Source of the DNA: Deltaproteobacteria bacterium
Lineage (GTDB): Bacteria > Desulfobacterota > GWC2-55-46 > DRQE01
Direction of reading: 5' to 3'
Length of the DNA stretch: 61,563 nucleotides
Assembly: GCA_015492495.1 (NCBI GenBank)
Contig: WGEY01000069.1
Coordinates: 1-61,563, forward strand
Shown: in pieces, positions 27,401-38,398 of the stretch
How positions within the stretch are numbered: position 1 is the first letter of the stretch
Layout of the letters: each line of letters opens with the position of its first letter
Notes under the pieces: model-generated
Databases searched by the model: none
What the model was told of the DNA's origin: nothing
The model's input: only the letters and a program-made list of their open reading frames with translations
Program-made: the position numbers and the translations under genes

Positions 27401-29293
27401 ATGAATCAGTTATATAAGAACATAGCGATGTGGCTTATCATAATAGCCGCTGTTGTATTGATGTTCAACTTCCTGAACTACAAGGAAGACAACGCCGCCA
27501 AGGTGATCTTCAGTGACTTCATCGAGGCGGTGGAAAACGGCGAGGTCGCCGAGGTCACGATCCAGGGTCACAATATCACCGGAAAGTACAAGGACGGCAA
27601 GGAGTTCACCACCTTCGCCCCGAACGATCCGGGCCTGGTGGGCAAGCTCGAGGCCAGCGGGGTGAAGATCGCGGCGGAACCCGAGGTGGACACGCCGGGA
27701 TGGGGGACCATATTCGTCTCCTGGTTCCCGATGCTTCTCCTCATCGGGCTGTGGCTCTTTTTCATGCGGCAGATGCAGGGAGGCGGCGGCAAGGCCATGA
27801 GCTTCGGCAAGTCAAGGGCCAAGCTCCTGACCGAAAGCCAGCACAAGGTCACCTTCAAGGACGTGGCCGGCATAGAGGAGGCAAAGGAAGAGGTTCGTGA
27901 GATCATCGACTTCCTCAAGGCGCCGAAGAAGTTCACGAAGCTCGGCGGAAGGATACCCAAGGGTGTTCTACTCGTGGGCGCCCCGGGAACCGGCAAGACG
28001 CTCCTTGCAAAGGCCATCGCCGGAGAGGCCGGAGTGCCGTTTTTCAGCATCTCGGGAAGCGACTTCGTCGAGATGTTCGTGGGTGTCGGTGCATCCAGGG
28101 TCAGGGACCTCTTCGTGCAGGGCAAGAAGAACGCCCCTTGCATCATATTCATAGACGAGATAGACGCGGTCGGCAGGCACCGCGGCGCAGGGCTCGGCGG
28201 TGGACACGATGAAAGGGAGCAGACGCTCAACCAGTTGCTCGTGGAGATGGACGGCTTTGAGAGCAACGAGGGCGTTATAATAATCGCCGCAACCAACCGC
28301 CCGGATGTGCTCGATCCGGCGCTTCTCAGGCCCGGCAGGTTCGACCGCACCGTCGTGGTGCCCAAGCCGGACCTCAGGGGCAGGCTCGAGATACTCAAGG
28401 TACACGCGGCAAAGACCCCGCTCGCAGACGATGTGGACCTTGAAACCATAGCACGCGGCACACCCGGCTTCTCAGGCGCCGACCTCTCCAACCTGGTAAA
28501 CGAGGCGGCGCTTCTGGCCGTGCGCAGGGGCAAGGACAAGGTGGACAAGGAAGACTTCGACGACGCCAAGGATAAGCTCCTCATGGGCAGCGAGCGAAAG
28601 AGCATGATCATAAGCGAGGAGGAAAAGGTGAGCACGGCCTACCACGAGGCAGGCCACACGCTCGTGGCGAGGCTTATCCCGGGCACGGACCCCATACACA
28701 AGGTTTCGATAATACCGAGGGGCATGGCGCTCGGCCTGACGCAGCAGCTGCCGCTGGACGAGCGCCACACGTACAGCAGGGAGTATCTCGTCAACAACAT
28801 AGCCGTCCTCATGGGAGGCAGGGTCGCTGAAGAGCTCGTGCTGAACCACCTGACCACAGGCGCAGGCAACGACATAGAGAAGGCGACGGAGATCGCAAGG
28901 AAGATGGTATGCGAGTGGGGCATGAGCGAGAAACTCGGCCCCCTCACCTTCGGCAAGAAGGAGGAACACATCTTCCTCGGCAAGGAGATGGCCCAGGCGC
29001 GTGACTACAGCGAGCAGACCGCCCTCGAGATAGACAGCGAGATAAAGAGGATCGTCAACGACAACTACCTAAGGGCGAAGGAACTTCTCAGCGGCAAGAT
29101 AGATACGCTTCACAAACTCGCCAAGGCGTTGCTCGAGGAAGAGGTTTTGAGCGGAGACGAGATCGACAAGATAATCTTCGGTGACGAGATACCTGCCGGG
29201 GTGAAGACCACCAAGGACGAGAAGATTCAGCCTGAACCCGCAGCACCGGTTCAAGACAGCGCTACTGAAGAGGCTGGCCGGACGTCTGCTTAA
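27401..29293 (+). CDS. ftsH: ATP-dependent zinc metalloprotease FtsH
   Basis: Two TM helices, [22 protein letters not shown] and HEAGH motifs. Confidence 0.98.
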   Translation: MNQLYKNIAMWLIIIAAVVLMFNFLNYKEDNAAKVIFSDFIEAVENGEVAEVTIQGHNITGKYKDGKEFTTFAPNDPGLVGKLEASGVKIAAEPEVDTPGWGTIFVSWFPMLLLIGLWLFFMRQMQGGGGKAMSFGKSRAKLLTESQHKVTFKDVAGIEEAKEEVREIIDFLKAPKKFTKLGGRIPKGVLLVGAPGTGKTLLAKAIAGEAGVPFFSISGSDFVEMFVGVGASRVRDLFVQGKKNAPCIIFIDEIDAVGRHRGAGLGGGHDEREQTLNQLLVEMDGFESNEGVIIIAATNRPDVLDPALLRPGRFDRTVVVPKPDLRGRLEILKVHAAKTPLADDVDLETIARGTPGFSGADLSNLVNEAALLAVRRGKDKVDKEDFDDAKDKLLMGSERKSMIISEEEKVSTAYHEAGHTLVARLIPGTDPIHKVSIIPRGMALGLTQQLPLDERHTYSREYLVNNIAVLMGGRVAEELVLNHLTTGAGNDIEKATEIARKMVCEWGMSEKLGPLTFGKKEEHIFLGKEMAQARDYSEQTALEIDSEIKRIVNDNYLRAKELLSGKIDTLHKLAKALLEEEVLSGDEIDKIIFGDEIPAGVKTTKDEKIQPEPAAPVQDSATEEAGRTSA

Positions 29294-29516
29294 GCCGCAA
29301 CCTTATATCTGCACCATTTACAGATGAGATAGGGGGCACTCTCCGGTCTCATTTCCCCGGCACAACCTGCCATCGACCGTGCGGTTTCGACCATATCAGA
29401 CCGGATTCGTCCGCTGACCGTCATCGCAACGGTACGGCGTGCGAATAAAACCCGTTATTGCGGGGAAACCTTTCCCCAATGCACCCTTAACCGAGACGAA
29501 CGGAGAATCTCTCAAG

Positions 29517-30749
29517 GTGAAGGTCCGGTGTATCGAGATAAGGCGTAGAGAGGATGCGCAACTCGAGATGGAACGCATAGGGGTGGACCCCGTGGGCATA
29601 GGGCTCATGCTCCCCAAGCAGTTCCACTTCAACCTGAAGCTCACCGGGCTTTCCCCGGCACAGGCCAACATAATAAAGCAGGACATGCTCTCTCTGGGCG
29701 GCGAGGCCGCCGTGGCCAAGGGGGTGGTCTCATGCCGGGTCGTTCACACCGATTGCATCCTCTCCGCCACGCTGAAGCAGTTGAGAAGGCTTGTAAAGAA
29801 GCTCAAGCTTCAGCCCTACGGCCTCCCGGAGGTGGCCTCGAGCATAGGCGAGGCGCTCGACAACGCCACCAGGGAGGAGGTCGCACTCAGGGGCCGCACC
29901 AGGAGCTGGACCATATCCAGGCGGACCCTCATAATGGGCATACTGAACGTAACGCCGGACTCCTTCTCCGACGGCGGTATCTTCCTGTCGAGGAAGAGCG
30001 CCGTAGAGAGGGCCATGGAGATGGTCGAGGAGGGGGCCGATATCATAGACGTGGGCGGCGAGTCGACAAGGCCTGGCGCGGGCACGGTCAGCGCCGAGGA
30101 AGAATTGTCGCGCGTCATACCGGTCGTGGAGGAGCTGGCCTCGCGCGGTATAGCCGTTTCGGTCGATACGACAAAGGCCGCCGTGGCCGAGGAGGCGCTC
30201 TGTCGGGGGGCTGAGATCATAAACGACGTGAGCGCAATGGGACGCGACCCCGATATGGCGGGCGTCGTGGCACGGCACGGGGCCGCGGTGATACTCATGC
30301 ACATGCGCTCCACGCCTGCAGACATGCAGGAGCACACCCATTACGACGACATGATGACCGAGATCTTCAACCACCTCTCCGACAGGGTGGATTACGCGGT
30401 CAGAAGCGGCATAGAACGCGAGCGTATCGCAGTGGACCCGGGGATCGGATTTGCAAAGTCCTGCGAGGGGAACCTGGAGATAATCCGCAGGCTCGCCGAG
30501 CTGAGGTCCCTGGGAAGGCCTGTCGTGCTTGGCACATCGAGAAAGTCATTCATCGGCGCGGTCACCGGGCGTGATGTGGACGAGAGGCTCGTAGGGACGC
30601 TCGCCACCCTCTCGGCCGGCATACTGAACGGCGCGCGCATACTGAGGGTGCACGATGTCAAGGAGGCCAGGGAGACCGCCGATATGGTTGATGCGGTAAG
30701 GTGCGGTCCGCCCCGAACCCCGGCAACGCAGGAAGAGATCAAGCTCTGA
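29517..30749 (+). CDS. folP: Dihydropteroate synthase with N-terminal extension
   Basis: MGILNVTPDSFSDGG, GGESTRPG, DPGIGF.K, SRKSF and RVHDV motifs; start uncertain. Confidence 0.94.
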   Translation: MKVRCIEIRRREDAQLEMERIGVDPVGIGLMLPKQFHFNLKLTGLSPAQANIIKQDMLSLGGEAAVAKGVVSCRVVHTDCILSATLKQLRRLVKKLKLQPYGLPEVASSIGEALDNATREEVALRGRTRSWTISRRTLIMGILNVTPDSFSDGGIFLSRKSAVERAMEMVEEGADIIDVGGESTRPGAGTVSAEEELSRVIPVVEELASRGIAVSVDTTKAAVAEEALCRGAEIINDVSAMGRDPDMAGVVARHGAAVILMHMRSTPADMQEHTHYDDMMTEIFNHLSDRVDYAVRSGIERERIAVDPGIGFAKSCEGNLEIIRRLAELRSLGRPVVLGTSRKSFIGAVTGRDVDERLVGTLATLSAGILNGARILRVHDVKEARETADMVDAVRCGPPRTPATQEEIKL

Positions 30750-30764
30750 AAGGAAAGGCAAGGA

Positions 30765-31556
30765 ATGCTCGAGGGATTCGCAAGCTTCCCCTCCATAGTC
30801 GACCTTCTGGACATCATCATCGTCGCGGTCGTCCTCTACTGGGTCATGCTGCTGGTACGCGGCACACGCGCGGAAAGGATGCTGTGGGGACTGGCGATAA
30901 TAGTGCTCGTGTACTTCATATCGGCCAGGATGGAGCTTTACACCTTCCACTGGATCCTCAACAAGTTTCTCGCATCCATCGTCATCATCATCATCGTCGT
31001 CTTCCAGCAGGACATAAGGAAGGCGCTCGTGCAGATGGGCAGGCCTTTTACCAGCCACAGGGTGAGCTCCACCGAGTTTCTCGACGAGATATACAAGGCC
31101 GTGATCACCATGTCCACGAACAGGATAGGCGGGCTCATAGTAATAGAGAGGGGAATAGACCTCGGCGACTTCATCGACACCGGGGTCACCCTGGACGCAG
31201 AGGTCTCCAAGGAGCTGCTGCTGACCATATTCAACCCCTCCACCCCGCTTCACGACGGGGCGGTCGTCATACGTAACAGCAGGATATTCAAGGCAGGCTG
31301 CATACTGCCGCTTACGGGCAAGGAGCTTACCAAGTCCATGGGCACGAGGCACAGGGCGGCCATAGGGCTCTCCGAAGAGACGGATGCGGTCATCGTGGTG
31401 GTCTCGGAGAAGACCGGCGAGGTGTCGCTGGTCGTCGAGGAGAGGCTCGAGCTCGGCATCGAACCGACCGAGTTGCTCTCCAGGCTCAAGCGGGTCATAG
31501 AGACCGAGAACGGGCAGAAAAGAGGGTTGTTTCACTGGAGGAGGTCGAAGGCGTGA
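30765..31556 (+). CDS. cdaA: Diadenylate cyclase CdaA
   Basis: Three N-terminal TMs; PLHDGA and GTRHRAA DAC motifs. Confidence 0.95.
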   Translation: MLEGFASFPSIVDLLDIIIVAVVLYWVMLLVRGTRAERMLWGLAIIVLVYFISARMELYTFHWILNKFLASIVIIIIVVFQQDIRKALVQMGRPFTSHRVSSTEFLDEIYKAVITMSTNRIGGLIVIERGIDLGDFIDTGVTLDAEVSKELLLTIFNPSTPLHDGAVVIRNSRIFKAGCILPLTGKELTKSMGTRHRAAIGLSEETDAVIVVVSEKTGEVSLVVEERLELGIEPTELLSRLKRVIETENGQKRGLFHWRRSKA

Positions 31557-32266
31557 GGCTTTTGAACTTCATCAACAAGGGCGGTGACGGCGGCGAAAGA
31601 CTCGACGGGCTGAAGGGTCTCGTCTTCAGGAACCCGGGGCTCAAGGTGCTCGCCCTTATCTTTTCCATCGCACTGTGGTATCTTGTAGTCGGCGAAAAGG
31701 CCTACGAGGTGGGTCTTCTCGTGCCGCTCGGCTTCAAGGGGATACCAGAGGACATGATCGTGGTGGACAAGCCGCCGCTGGACATAGAGGTGCGGGTCGC
31801 GGGCCCCAAGGGGTTCATCGACAACCTTTCACCCACCGAGGTGAGCGCGTCCATAGACCTGAGCAACGCGAAGGAGGGGCTCAACACCTACAGGCTGCTG
31901 CCGCACAACATAAAGACACCCAGCGGCATAAAGGTGATAAGCGTAAGGCCCTCCTCGCTGGACATAAACCTCGAGAGGCTCGTGAGGGCGACCCTGCCGG
32001 TCAGGGCGAAGGTCACGGGGGCTCCGCCGCCGGGCTACAGGGTGGCGGAGGTGGTGGTTACACCGCAGAAGGTGACGGTCCTGGGAAGGAGGAAGAGCGT
32101 AAAAAGGCTCAAGGGCATACAGACGACCCCGGTCGACATAACCGGCCTCACCTCGACCGTTACCAGGTCCGTCCTAGTGGACATGTCGGAGAAGGGACTC
32201 ACGGATGTTGAGCCCGATACCGTGGATGTTGTCATAAGGATCGAGAAGATCGAAAAACAAGGCTGA
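31553..32266 (+). CDS. cdaR: CdaR/YbbR-like protein
   Basis: N-terminal TM plus YbbR-like repeats; located between cdaA and glmM. Confidence 0.85.
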   Translation: MRLLNFINKGGDGGERLDGLKGLVFRNPGLKVLALIFSIALWYLVVGEKAYEVGLLVPLGFKGIPEDMIVVDKPPLDIEVRVAGPKGFIDNLSPTEVSASIDLSNAKEGLNTYRLLPHNIKTPSGIKVISVRPSSLDINLERLVRATLPVRAKVTGAPPPGYRVAEVVVTPQKVTVLGRRKSVKRLKGIQTTPVDITGLTSTVTRSVLVDMSEKGLTDVEPDTVDVVIRIEKIEKQG

Positions 32267-32275
32267 GGCGCTGCC

Positions 32276-33637
32276 ATGGAGAAAAAAAAGAGGCTTTTCG
32301 GTACGGACGGGATAAGAGGCGTTGCCAACATAGAGCCCATGACCGCGGAGACGGCGCTTAAGCTCGGAAGGGCCGTCGCCTATGTCTTCAAGAAGGGTTC
32401 ACGGCGTCACAAGATAGTGATAGGCAAGGATACGAGGCTTTCCGGGTACATGCTCGAAAGCGCCATGATGGCGGGCATCTGCTCGATGGGAGTGGACGTT
32501 ATGATAGTCGGACCGTTGCCGACACCCGGGATAGCGTTCATCGCATCGAGCATGAGGGCCGACGCCGGGGTGGTGATCTCGGCTTCCCACAACCCGTACC
32601 AGGACAACGGCATCAAGTTCTTTTCAAGGGACGGGCTGAAGCTGCCCGACGAGGTCGAGCTGGAGATAGAGCGGTTCATATTCGAGAACCAGGAGGATCC
32701 GAGCCACAGGCCCACGGCAAGCGAGGTGGGAAAGGCCTACAGGATCGACGACGCCGTCGGGCGGTACGTCGTCTTTGCAAAGAACTCGTTCCCAAAGGAG
32801 CTGACTCTAAACGGGCTCAAGATAGTGGTCGACTGCGCGAACGGCGCAACGTACAGGGTGGCTCCCGAGGCGCTCTACGAGCTCGGCGCGGATGTCGTGC
32901 CCATCGGGGTCAACCCGGACGGGGAGAACATAAACAAGGGCTGCGGCTCCCTGTATCCTGAGTCCCTGAAGGAGGAGGTCGTAAGGTCCGGCGCGGACAT
33001 AGGGATAGCGCTGGACGGTGACGGAGACAGGTGCATACTCGTTGATGAGCGTGGCGAGGTGGTGGACGGGGATCATGTGATGGCCATCTGCGCCACGGCC
33101 ATGCTCAGGGAAGGAACGCTCAAGGGGAACACGCTCGTTGCCACCGTAATGAGCAACTCCGGGCTCGACGAGGCGTTGAAGAGGGCCGGGGGAAGGGTGG
33201 TGAGGACGAGGGTCGGCGACAGGTACGTCGTCGAGGAGATGCTGAGGGGCGGTTACAACCTCGGGGGTGAACAGTCAGGCCACATCGTTTTCCTCGACCA
33301 TACCACCACCGGAGACGGCGTCATAACCGCCCTCCAGGTGCTCGCCATAATGGTGCGGAGCGGAAAGCCGCTCTCCGAGCTTGCGGCCGTCATGACGAGC
33401 TATCCGCAGGTGCTCCTTAACGTCAGGGTTACGAAAAAGCCCGACCTCGACGGGCTTCCGGCGGTCAGCCACACCCTAGAGAAGATCCGGCGGAGGCTCA
33501 AGGACAGGGGAAGGGCATTCATACGTTACTCCGGTACAGAGCCCCTTGCAAGGATAACCGTAGAGGGCGAGAACATGGATGAGATAAAAGGGATGGCCGA
33601 GGAGCTTGCAGGGGTGGTGAGAGAGGAGCTTAGCTAA
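32276..33637 (+). CDS. glmM: Phosphoglucosamine mutase
   Basis: [28 protein letters not shown] and RYSGTEP motifs. Confidence 0.97.
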   Translation: MEKKKRLFGTDGIRGVANIEPMTAETALKLGRAVAYVFKKGSRRHKIVIGKDTRLSGYMLESAMMAGICSMGVDVMIVGPLPTPGIAFIASSMRADAGVVISASHNPYQDNGIKFFSRDGLKLPDEVELEIERFIFENQEDPSHRPTASEVGKAYRIDDAVGRYVVFAKNSFPKELTLNGLKIVVDCANGATYRVAPEALYELGADVVPIGVNPDGENINKGCGSLYPESLKEEVVRSGADIGIALDGDGDRCILVDERGEVVDGDHVMAICATAMLREGTLKGNTLVATVMSNSGLDEALKRAGGRVVRTRVGDRYVVEEMLRGGYNLGGEQSGHIVFLDHTTTGDGVITALQVLAIMVRSGKPLSELAAVMTSYPQVLLNVRVTKKPDLDGLPAVSHTLEKIRRRLKDRGRAFIRYSGTEPLARITVEGENMDEIKGMAEELAGVVREELS

Positions 33638-33662
33638 CACGCAAACAAAGGAGCGGTTCAAC

Positions 33663-34376
33663 ATGGCGAGACTCTCGGTCAACGTGGACCACGTCGCAAC
33701 GGTAAGGCAGGCAAGGCTTGCGAACGAACCGGACCCCGTCGAAGCGGCCCTTAGGGCGGAGACGGCGGGTGCCGACGGCATAACCGTCCACCTGCGTGAA
33801 GACAGGCGGCACATCCAGGACAGGGACCTCCTCCTCTTGAGAAGGACGGTCAAGACGAGGCTCAACCTCGAGATGGCCGCAACCGAGGAGATGCACTCCA
33901 TAGCGCTCGAGGTGAAGCCCGACATGGTAACGCTCGTACCCGAAAAGAGGCAGGAGCTTACCACCGAGGGCGGGCTCGACCTGAGGACGCACACCGAATC
34001 ACTCAAGAGGTTCGTGGCCTCGCTGAGGGACGCCTCCATTGATGTCAACCTCTTCATAGATCCGGTTCCGGACGCGGTCAAGATGTCGCACAGGATAGGG
34101 GCGAGCGGTGTAGAGGTCCACACCGGCCTTTACGCCGAGGCCAGAACCGCAAGGGACAGGATCGTGGAGCTCAAGAGGATAAGCGACTCGGTCATGCTCG
34201 CAAAGAGGCTCGGGCTCAAGGTGCACGCCGGGCACGGACTCGATTACCACAACATAAAGGATATCGCCTCCATAAGGGAGATAGAGGAGTTCGCCATAGG
34301 CTTCAGCATAATCGCAAGGAGTATCTATACCGGGATCGAGGAGGCGGTAAGGGAGATGGTAAGGCTCGTGAGTTAG
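33663..34376 (+). CDS. pdxJ: Pyridoxine 5'-phosphate synthase
   Basis: VNVDHVAT.RQAR, HLREDRRHI, LVPE...TTEGG and AGHGL motifs. Confidence 0.96.
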   Translation: MARLSVNVDHVATVRQARLANEPDPVEAALRAETAGADGITVHLREDRRHIQDRDLLLLRRTVKTRLNLEMAATEEMHSIALEVKPDMVTLVPEKRQELTTEGGLDLRTHTESLKRFVASLRDASIDVNLFIDPVPDAVKMSHRIGASGVEVHTGLYAEARTARDRIVELKRISDSVMLAKRLGLKVHAGHGLDYHNIKDIASIREIEEFAIGFSIIARSIYTGIEEAVREMVRLVS

Positions 34377-34399
34377 CCACGGAGCCCGGTCCAGGCGGT

Positions 34400-34753
34400 A
34401 TGATACACGGCATAGGCATAGAGATCATCGAGGTTCAGAGGTTCAGGAAGGCGCTGGAGAGGTGGGGCGAGAGGATCGAAAGGAGGCTTTTTACCTCCGA
34501 AGAGCTCCGGTACTGCTCAGGCCAGAGGTTTCCGGAAAGGCACCTCGCAGCGCGTTTCGCCGCAAAGGTGAGCCTGTTCAAGGCGCTCGGAAGAACCCTG
34601 CCCTTCAGGGATGTCGAGGTAACGAGGGACGAAAAGGGGCGCCCCTCGGTGACCGCCAAAGGGGCGTCCGCCGCGGGGTTGAGGTTCGCCATATCACTCT
34701 CGCATGACGGCGAGCTCGCGGTTGCGGAGACCGTGGCCGAAAGGGTCGCCTGA
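34400..34753 (+). CDS. acpS: Holo-ACP synthase (divergent acidic motifs)
   Basis: GIGIEIIE, LFT..E, ARFAAK, G.P and SLSH motifs; pdxJ-acpS-nnr synteny. Confidence 0.85.
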   Translation: MIHGIGIEIIEVQRFRKALERWGERIERRLFTSEELRYCSGQRFPERHLAARFAAKVSLFKALGRTLPFRDVEVTRDEKGRPSVTAKGASAAGLRFAISLSHDGELAVAETVAERVA

Positions 34754-34759
34754 CGCCTT

Positions 34760-34785
34760 CCCGGGCGTAAGACGCCGGGTTTTTT
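34760..34785 (+). terminator. Possible intrinsic terminator after acpS
   Basis: CCCGGGCGT-AAG-ACGCCGGG hairpin followed by TTTTTT. Confidence 0.45.
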
Positions 34786-34819
34786 CGTATGGTATGATAC
34801 AATAGCGGAGAGGGAAGAG

Positions 34820-36388
34820 ATGAAGCTCGTGGATTCCGACAGTATGAGGGCCCTGGACCGGAAGGCCATAAGGGAGTTCGGCATAAAGGGGCTCGTGCTC
34901 ATGGAGAACGCAGGCCGCGGAGTGGCCGATGCGGTCGAAAAGGTGCTCGACAAGGACCGGCCCGGCAGGATCGCCGTGGTGGCTGGCAAGGGCAACAACG
35001 GCGGTGACGGCTTTGTCTCAGCAAGGCACCTCCATAACCGTGGCCACGACGTAACGGTCTTCGCCCTCGCGGAGACCAAGGAGATCAAGGGTGATGCCGG
35101 CACGAACGCGCGCATATGGGAGAGGATGGGCGGAAGGACCATCTGTATAACCTCCGGAAGGGATCTCAGGAAGAACACAACGCTTCTCAGGCACGCCTCG
35201 GTCATCGTGGATGCTATATTCGGCACCGGACTCGGCTCCGAGGTGCGCGGGATATACGGCGACGTGATCGATTCCATAAACTCGCTGGAAAAACCGGTCG
35301 TTGCGGTGGATATACCTTCGGGCATGGATGCCTCGACCGGCAGGGTCCTCGGCAGGGCCGTAAGGGCGCACCTGACGGCCACCATGGCATTCGCAAAGAT
35401 CGGATGCTACCTCTACCCCGGCAGGGACTACACCGGAAGGGTTGAGGTGGTCGACATAGGCATGCCGCCCGAGGTATGCGAGGGCGAAAAGATCAGGTGG
35501 AACCTCATCGACTCTTCCATGGTGAGCCGGCTCCTCGGCCCTCGCAGGAGGGATACGCACAAGGGGACATACGGGCACGTGCTCATCATCGGAGGCTCCA
35601 CCGGAAAGAGCGGGGCCGTCTACATGGCGGGCATGGGGGCGATGAGGGTCGGAACAGGGCTCGCCACGGTGGCCGTGCCAGAGGGGCTCAACCCTGTGAT
35701 GGAGGCCAAGACCACCGAGGTTATGTCGCATCCCCTGCCCGAAACCATAACGGGGACGCTCGGCGAACATGCGCTCGACGAGACACGGAGGATACTCGCG
35801 GGCAAGAACGCCGTTGTCCTGGGCCCGGGGCTCGGCACCTTGGACATGCTCGGCTTCGTGGAAAAGGTCGTCTCCATGTGCGCGGAATCAGGCCTGCCGG
35901 TGGTCCTGGACGCCGATGCGTTGAACTCGCTCGGCACAGGGGTATCCGTCTTGAAGAAGGCGGCCGGCAGGGGAACAGGGATAGTGCTTACGCCGCACCC
36001 GGGCGAGATGTCGAGGCTTCTGGGTACGGACACCGGGGAGGTGCAGGCCGACAGGATCGGCTGTGCCGAGAGGCTGGCCGAAGAGACCGGGGCCGTGGTG
36101 GTGCTCAAGGGCGCATCGACCGTGGTGGCGGCATCCGGAAGCATCTACATCAACCCCACCGGCAACCCCGGGATGGCAACGGCGGGCACCGGTGACGTGC
36201 TATCCGGGATGATCGGCGGCTTGCTTGCCCAGGGCCTTGCCCCGGTGGACGCTGCGGTGGCCTCGGTGTACCTGCACGGGCTTGCTGGGGACGAGGCGGC
36301 GGCAAGGATCGGCGAGGCGGGGCTCGTGGCCACCGATCTCTTGGACGAGATACCGCCGCTCCTGAAGAGGCACAGCTTATTGTCATGA
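34820..36388 (+). CDS. nnr: Bifunctional NAD(P)H-hydrate epimerase/dehydratase
   Basis: LMENAG, GKGNNGGDG, DAIFGTG, DIPSG, HKG.YG, TPHPGE and GTGDVL motifs. Confidence 0.95.
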   Translation: MKLVDSDSMRALDRKAIREFGIKGLVLMENAGRGVADAVEKVLDKDRPGRIAVVAGKGNNGGDGFVSARHLHNRGHDVTVFALAETKEIKGDAGTNARIWERMGGRTICITSGRDLRKNTTLLRHASVIVDAIFGTGLGSEVRGIYGDVIDSINSLEKPVVAVDIPSGMDASTGRVLGRAVRAHLTATMAFAKIGCYLYPGRDYTGRVEVVDIGMPPEVCEGEKIRWNLIDSSMVSRLLGPRRRDTHKGTYGHVLIIGGSTGKSGAVYMAGMGAMRVGTGLATVAVPEGLNPVMEAKTTEVMSHPLPETITGTLGEHALDETRRILAGKNAVVLGPGLGTLDMLGFVEKVVSMCAESGLPVVLDADALNSLGTGVSVLKKAAGRGTGIVLTPHPGEMSRLLGTDTGEVQADRIGCAERLAEETGAVVVLKGASTVVAASGSIYINPTGNPGMATAGTGDVLSGMIGGLLAQGLAPVDAAVASVYLHGLAGDEAAARIGEAGLVATDLLDEIPPLLKRHSLLS

Positions 36389-36488
36389 GAGAAGCCCTGT
36401 GAAACCTCGCGAACCGTGGTTGCGGAGCGGGGGTTTGCCCCGTTGCCCCTGGGCTTCGATCCCATGGTCCATCTCAAGGACCGGAGAT

Positions 36489-36950
36489 GTGGAGAAGGGC
36501 GTGGAGAGTGAGCGCGAAGTCATTATCACGGATTCCCCCGAAGAGACCGAAAGGCTCGGCGAGGTGTTCGCTGGAAGGCTCAGGAAGGGCGATGTCGTGG
36601 CCCTCAGCGGAGACCTCGGCGGTGGCAAGACCCAATTCACCAGGGGGCTTGCACGGGGGCTCGGCATAAGTGATTATTACGTCAAGAGCCCGAGCTTCAC
36701 CATCGTGCACGTATACGAGGGTGGAAGGCTTCCGCTTTACCATATAGACCTTTACAGGATGGACAGCACGGCAGAGGTCCGGGACCTCGGGCTCGAGGAA
36801 TATGTTTACGGCAACGGTGTCTGTGTAATAGAATGGGCCGAAAGGGCGGAGGAGCTCATCCCCGAGGGCGCCGTGAGGATAAGGTTCTCATACGAGGGGG
36901 AGTCGAGGAGAAGGATAGAGATCCGGTGGGGCCGGAATGACGCCCGCTGA
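36489..36950 (+). CDS. tsaE: tRNA t6A biosynthesis ATPase TsaE
   Basis: L.GDLGGGKT, V.SPSF.I, H.DLYR and IEW motifs. Confidence 0.94.
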   Translation: MEKGVESEREVIITDSPEETERLGEVFAGRLRKGDVVALSGDLGGGKTQFTRGLARGLGISDYYVKSPSFTIVHVYEGGRLPLYHIDLYRMDSTAEVRDLGLEEYVYGNGVCVIEWAERAEELIPEGAVRIRFSYEGESRRRIEIRWGRNDAR

Positions 36951-36995
36951 AGCATTCGAGGAAGGAATACGGATAAAATAGAAACGGAGGTCTTG

Positions 36996-38387
36996 ATGAA
37001 GGAGTTCGACGTCGTTGTTATCGGAGGCGGTCCGGGTGGTTACGTTGCGGCGATAAGGGGCGCCCAGGCCGGGGCCAAGGTATGTCTCGTAGAAAAGGAC
37101 CGGGTCGGTGGGACATGCCTCAACCGGGGATGCATACCCACAAAGGCCCTATACTACAGCGCAAAGGTCCTGCATACCGTGAAGAAGTCCTCTGAGTTCG
37201 GGGTGGATACAGACGGCGTTGCCTTCGACCTTTCGAGGGCCATGGAGAGAAAGGACGACGTCGTAAGGAGGCTCGTGGGCGGCGTGGAGCAGCTCCTCAA
37301 GGGAAACGGTGTCGAGGTCCTGAAGGGCGAGGGTGCCATAGAAGGCAGGGGCAGGGTCAGGGTGGTCTCCGCCGGGGGGACCGAGGTCGTCGGGGCGAAG
37401 AATATCATCATAGCCACGGGGAGCGAACCTGCGATGATACCGGCCTTCAACATAGACAGGAAAAACGTCCTCACCTCCACCGAGGCGCTCGACTTGAGGG
37501 AGGTCCCCGATAGCCTCCTCATAATAGGCGGCGGGGTCATGGGCTGCGAGTTCGCGACCATCTTCGCGCGGTTCGGGTGCAAGGTAAAGATAGCCGAGCT
37601 CCTGCCCACCATACTCTCGTCAGAGGACAAGCAGGTGGTGAGGGTCGTCTCAAAGGCCTTCAAGAACGCCGGGGTGGAGGTTTATACCGGCGTCGAGGTC
37701 GACGGGGTCGAGGTTGTGGAGAACGGGGTTAAGACGACCTTCAAGGACGGAACCGAGTTCCATACCGAAAAGGTCCTCGTAACCATAGGAAGGAGCTTCA
37801 ACATAGAGGGGATAGGGCTCGACAAGGTCGGGGTGGAGCTCGACAGGGGGTGCATCAGGGTGAACGAAAGGATGGAGACGAATGTTGCGGGCGTATACGC
37901 CATAGGGGATGTTACGGGCGGCATGCTCCTTGCCCACGTGGCGAGCGTCGAAGGGGAGGTCGCGGTCTCAAACGCCCTGGGGGGCGAAAGACGCATGGAC
38001 TACTCGGTGATACCCGCCGGCATATTCACGGACCCCGAGATAGCGAGCGTGGGGCTCAGGGAGAAGGACGCCGCTTCGAAGGGCATCGAGGTCAAGGTGG
38101 GCAGGTTCCCCTATGCCGCAAGCGGCAAGGCGCTCGCGATGTCCGAGGCAGAGGGCTTCGTACAGATCGTCACGGATGCATCCACGGACGAGGTGCTGGG
38201 CGCTTCGATCGTGGGGGCGCACGCAACGGACCTAATAGGCGAGGTGGCCCTTGCCGTGAAGGCCGGCGTGGGGGTGAAGGAGATCGTAGAGACCGTTCAC
38301 GCACACCCAACCCTGCCCGAGATCGTCCTCGAGGCGGCCGAGGACGTACACGGCTTGGCCGTGCACAAGCTTACGAGAAGGAGATAG
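36996..38387 (+). CDS. lpdA: Dihydrolipoyl dehydrogenase
   Basis: [20 protein letters not shown] and HAHPTL.E motifs. Confidence 0.95.
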   Translation: MKEFDVVVIGGGPGGYVAAIRGAQAGAKVCLVEKDRVGGTCLNRGCIPTKALYYSAKVLHTVKKSSEFGVDTDGVAFDLSRAMERKDDVVRRLVGGVEQLLKGNGVEVLKGEGAIEGRGRVRVVSAGGTEVVGAKNIIIATGSEPAMIPAFNIDRKNVLTSTEALDLREVPDSLLIIGGGVMGCEFATIFARFGCKVKIAELLPTILSSEDKQVVRVVSKAFKNAGVEVYTGVEVDGVEVVENGVKTTFKDGTEFHTEKVLVTIGRSFNIEGIGLDKVGVELDRGCIRVNERMETNVAGVYAIGDVTGGMLLAHVASVEGEVAVSNALGGERRMDYSVIPAGIFTDPEIASVGLREKDAASKGIEVKVGRFPYAASGKALAMSEAEGFVQIVTDASTDEVLGASIVGAHATDLIGEVALAVKAGVGVKEIVETVHAHPTLPEIVLEAAEDVHGLAVHKLTRRR

Positions 38388-38398
38388 TCCTAGACCAT

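Noticed and set aside
30765-33637. c-di-AMP module cdaA-cdaR-glmM in a diderm
   Set aside because: A well-known conserved operon, also in deltaproteobacteria; not novel.
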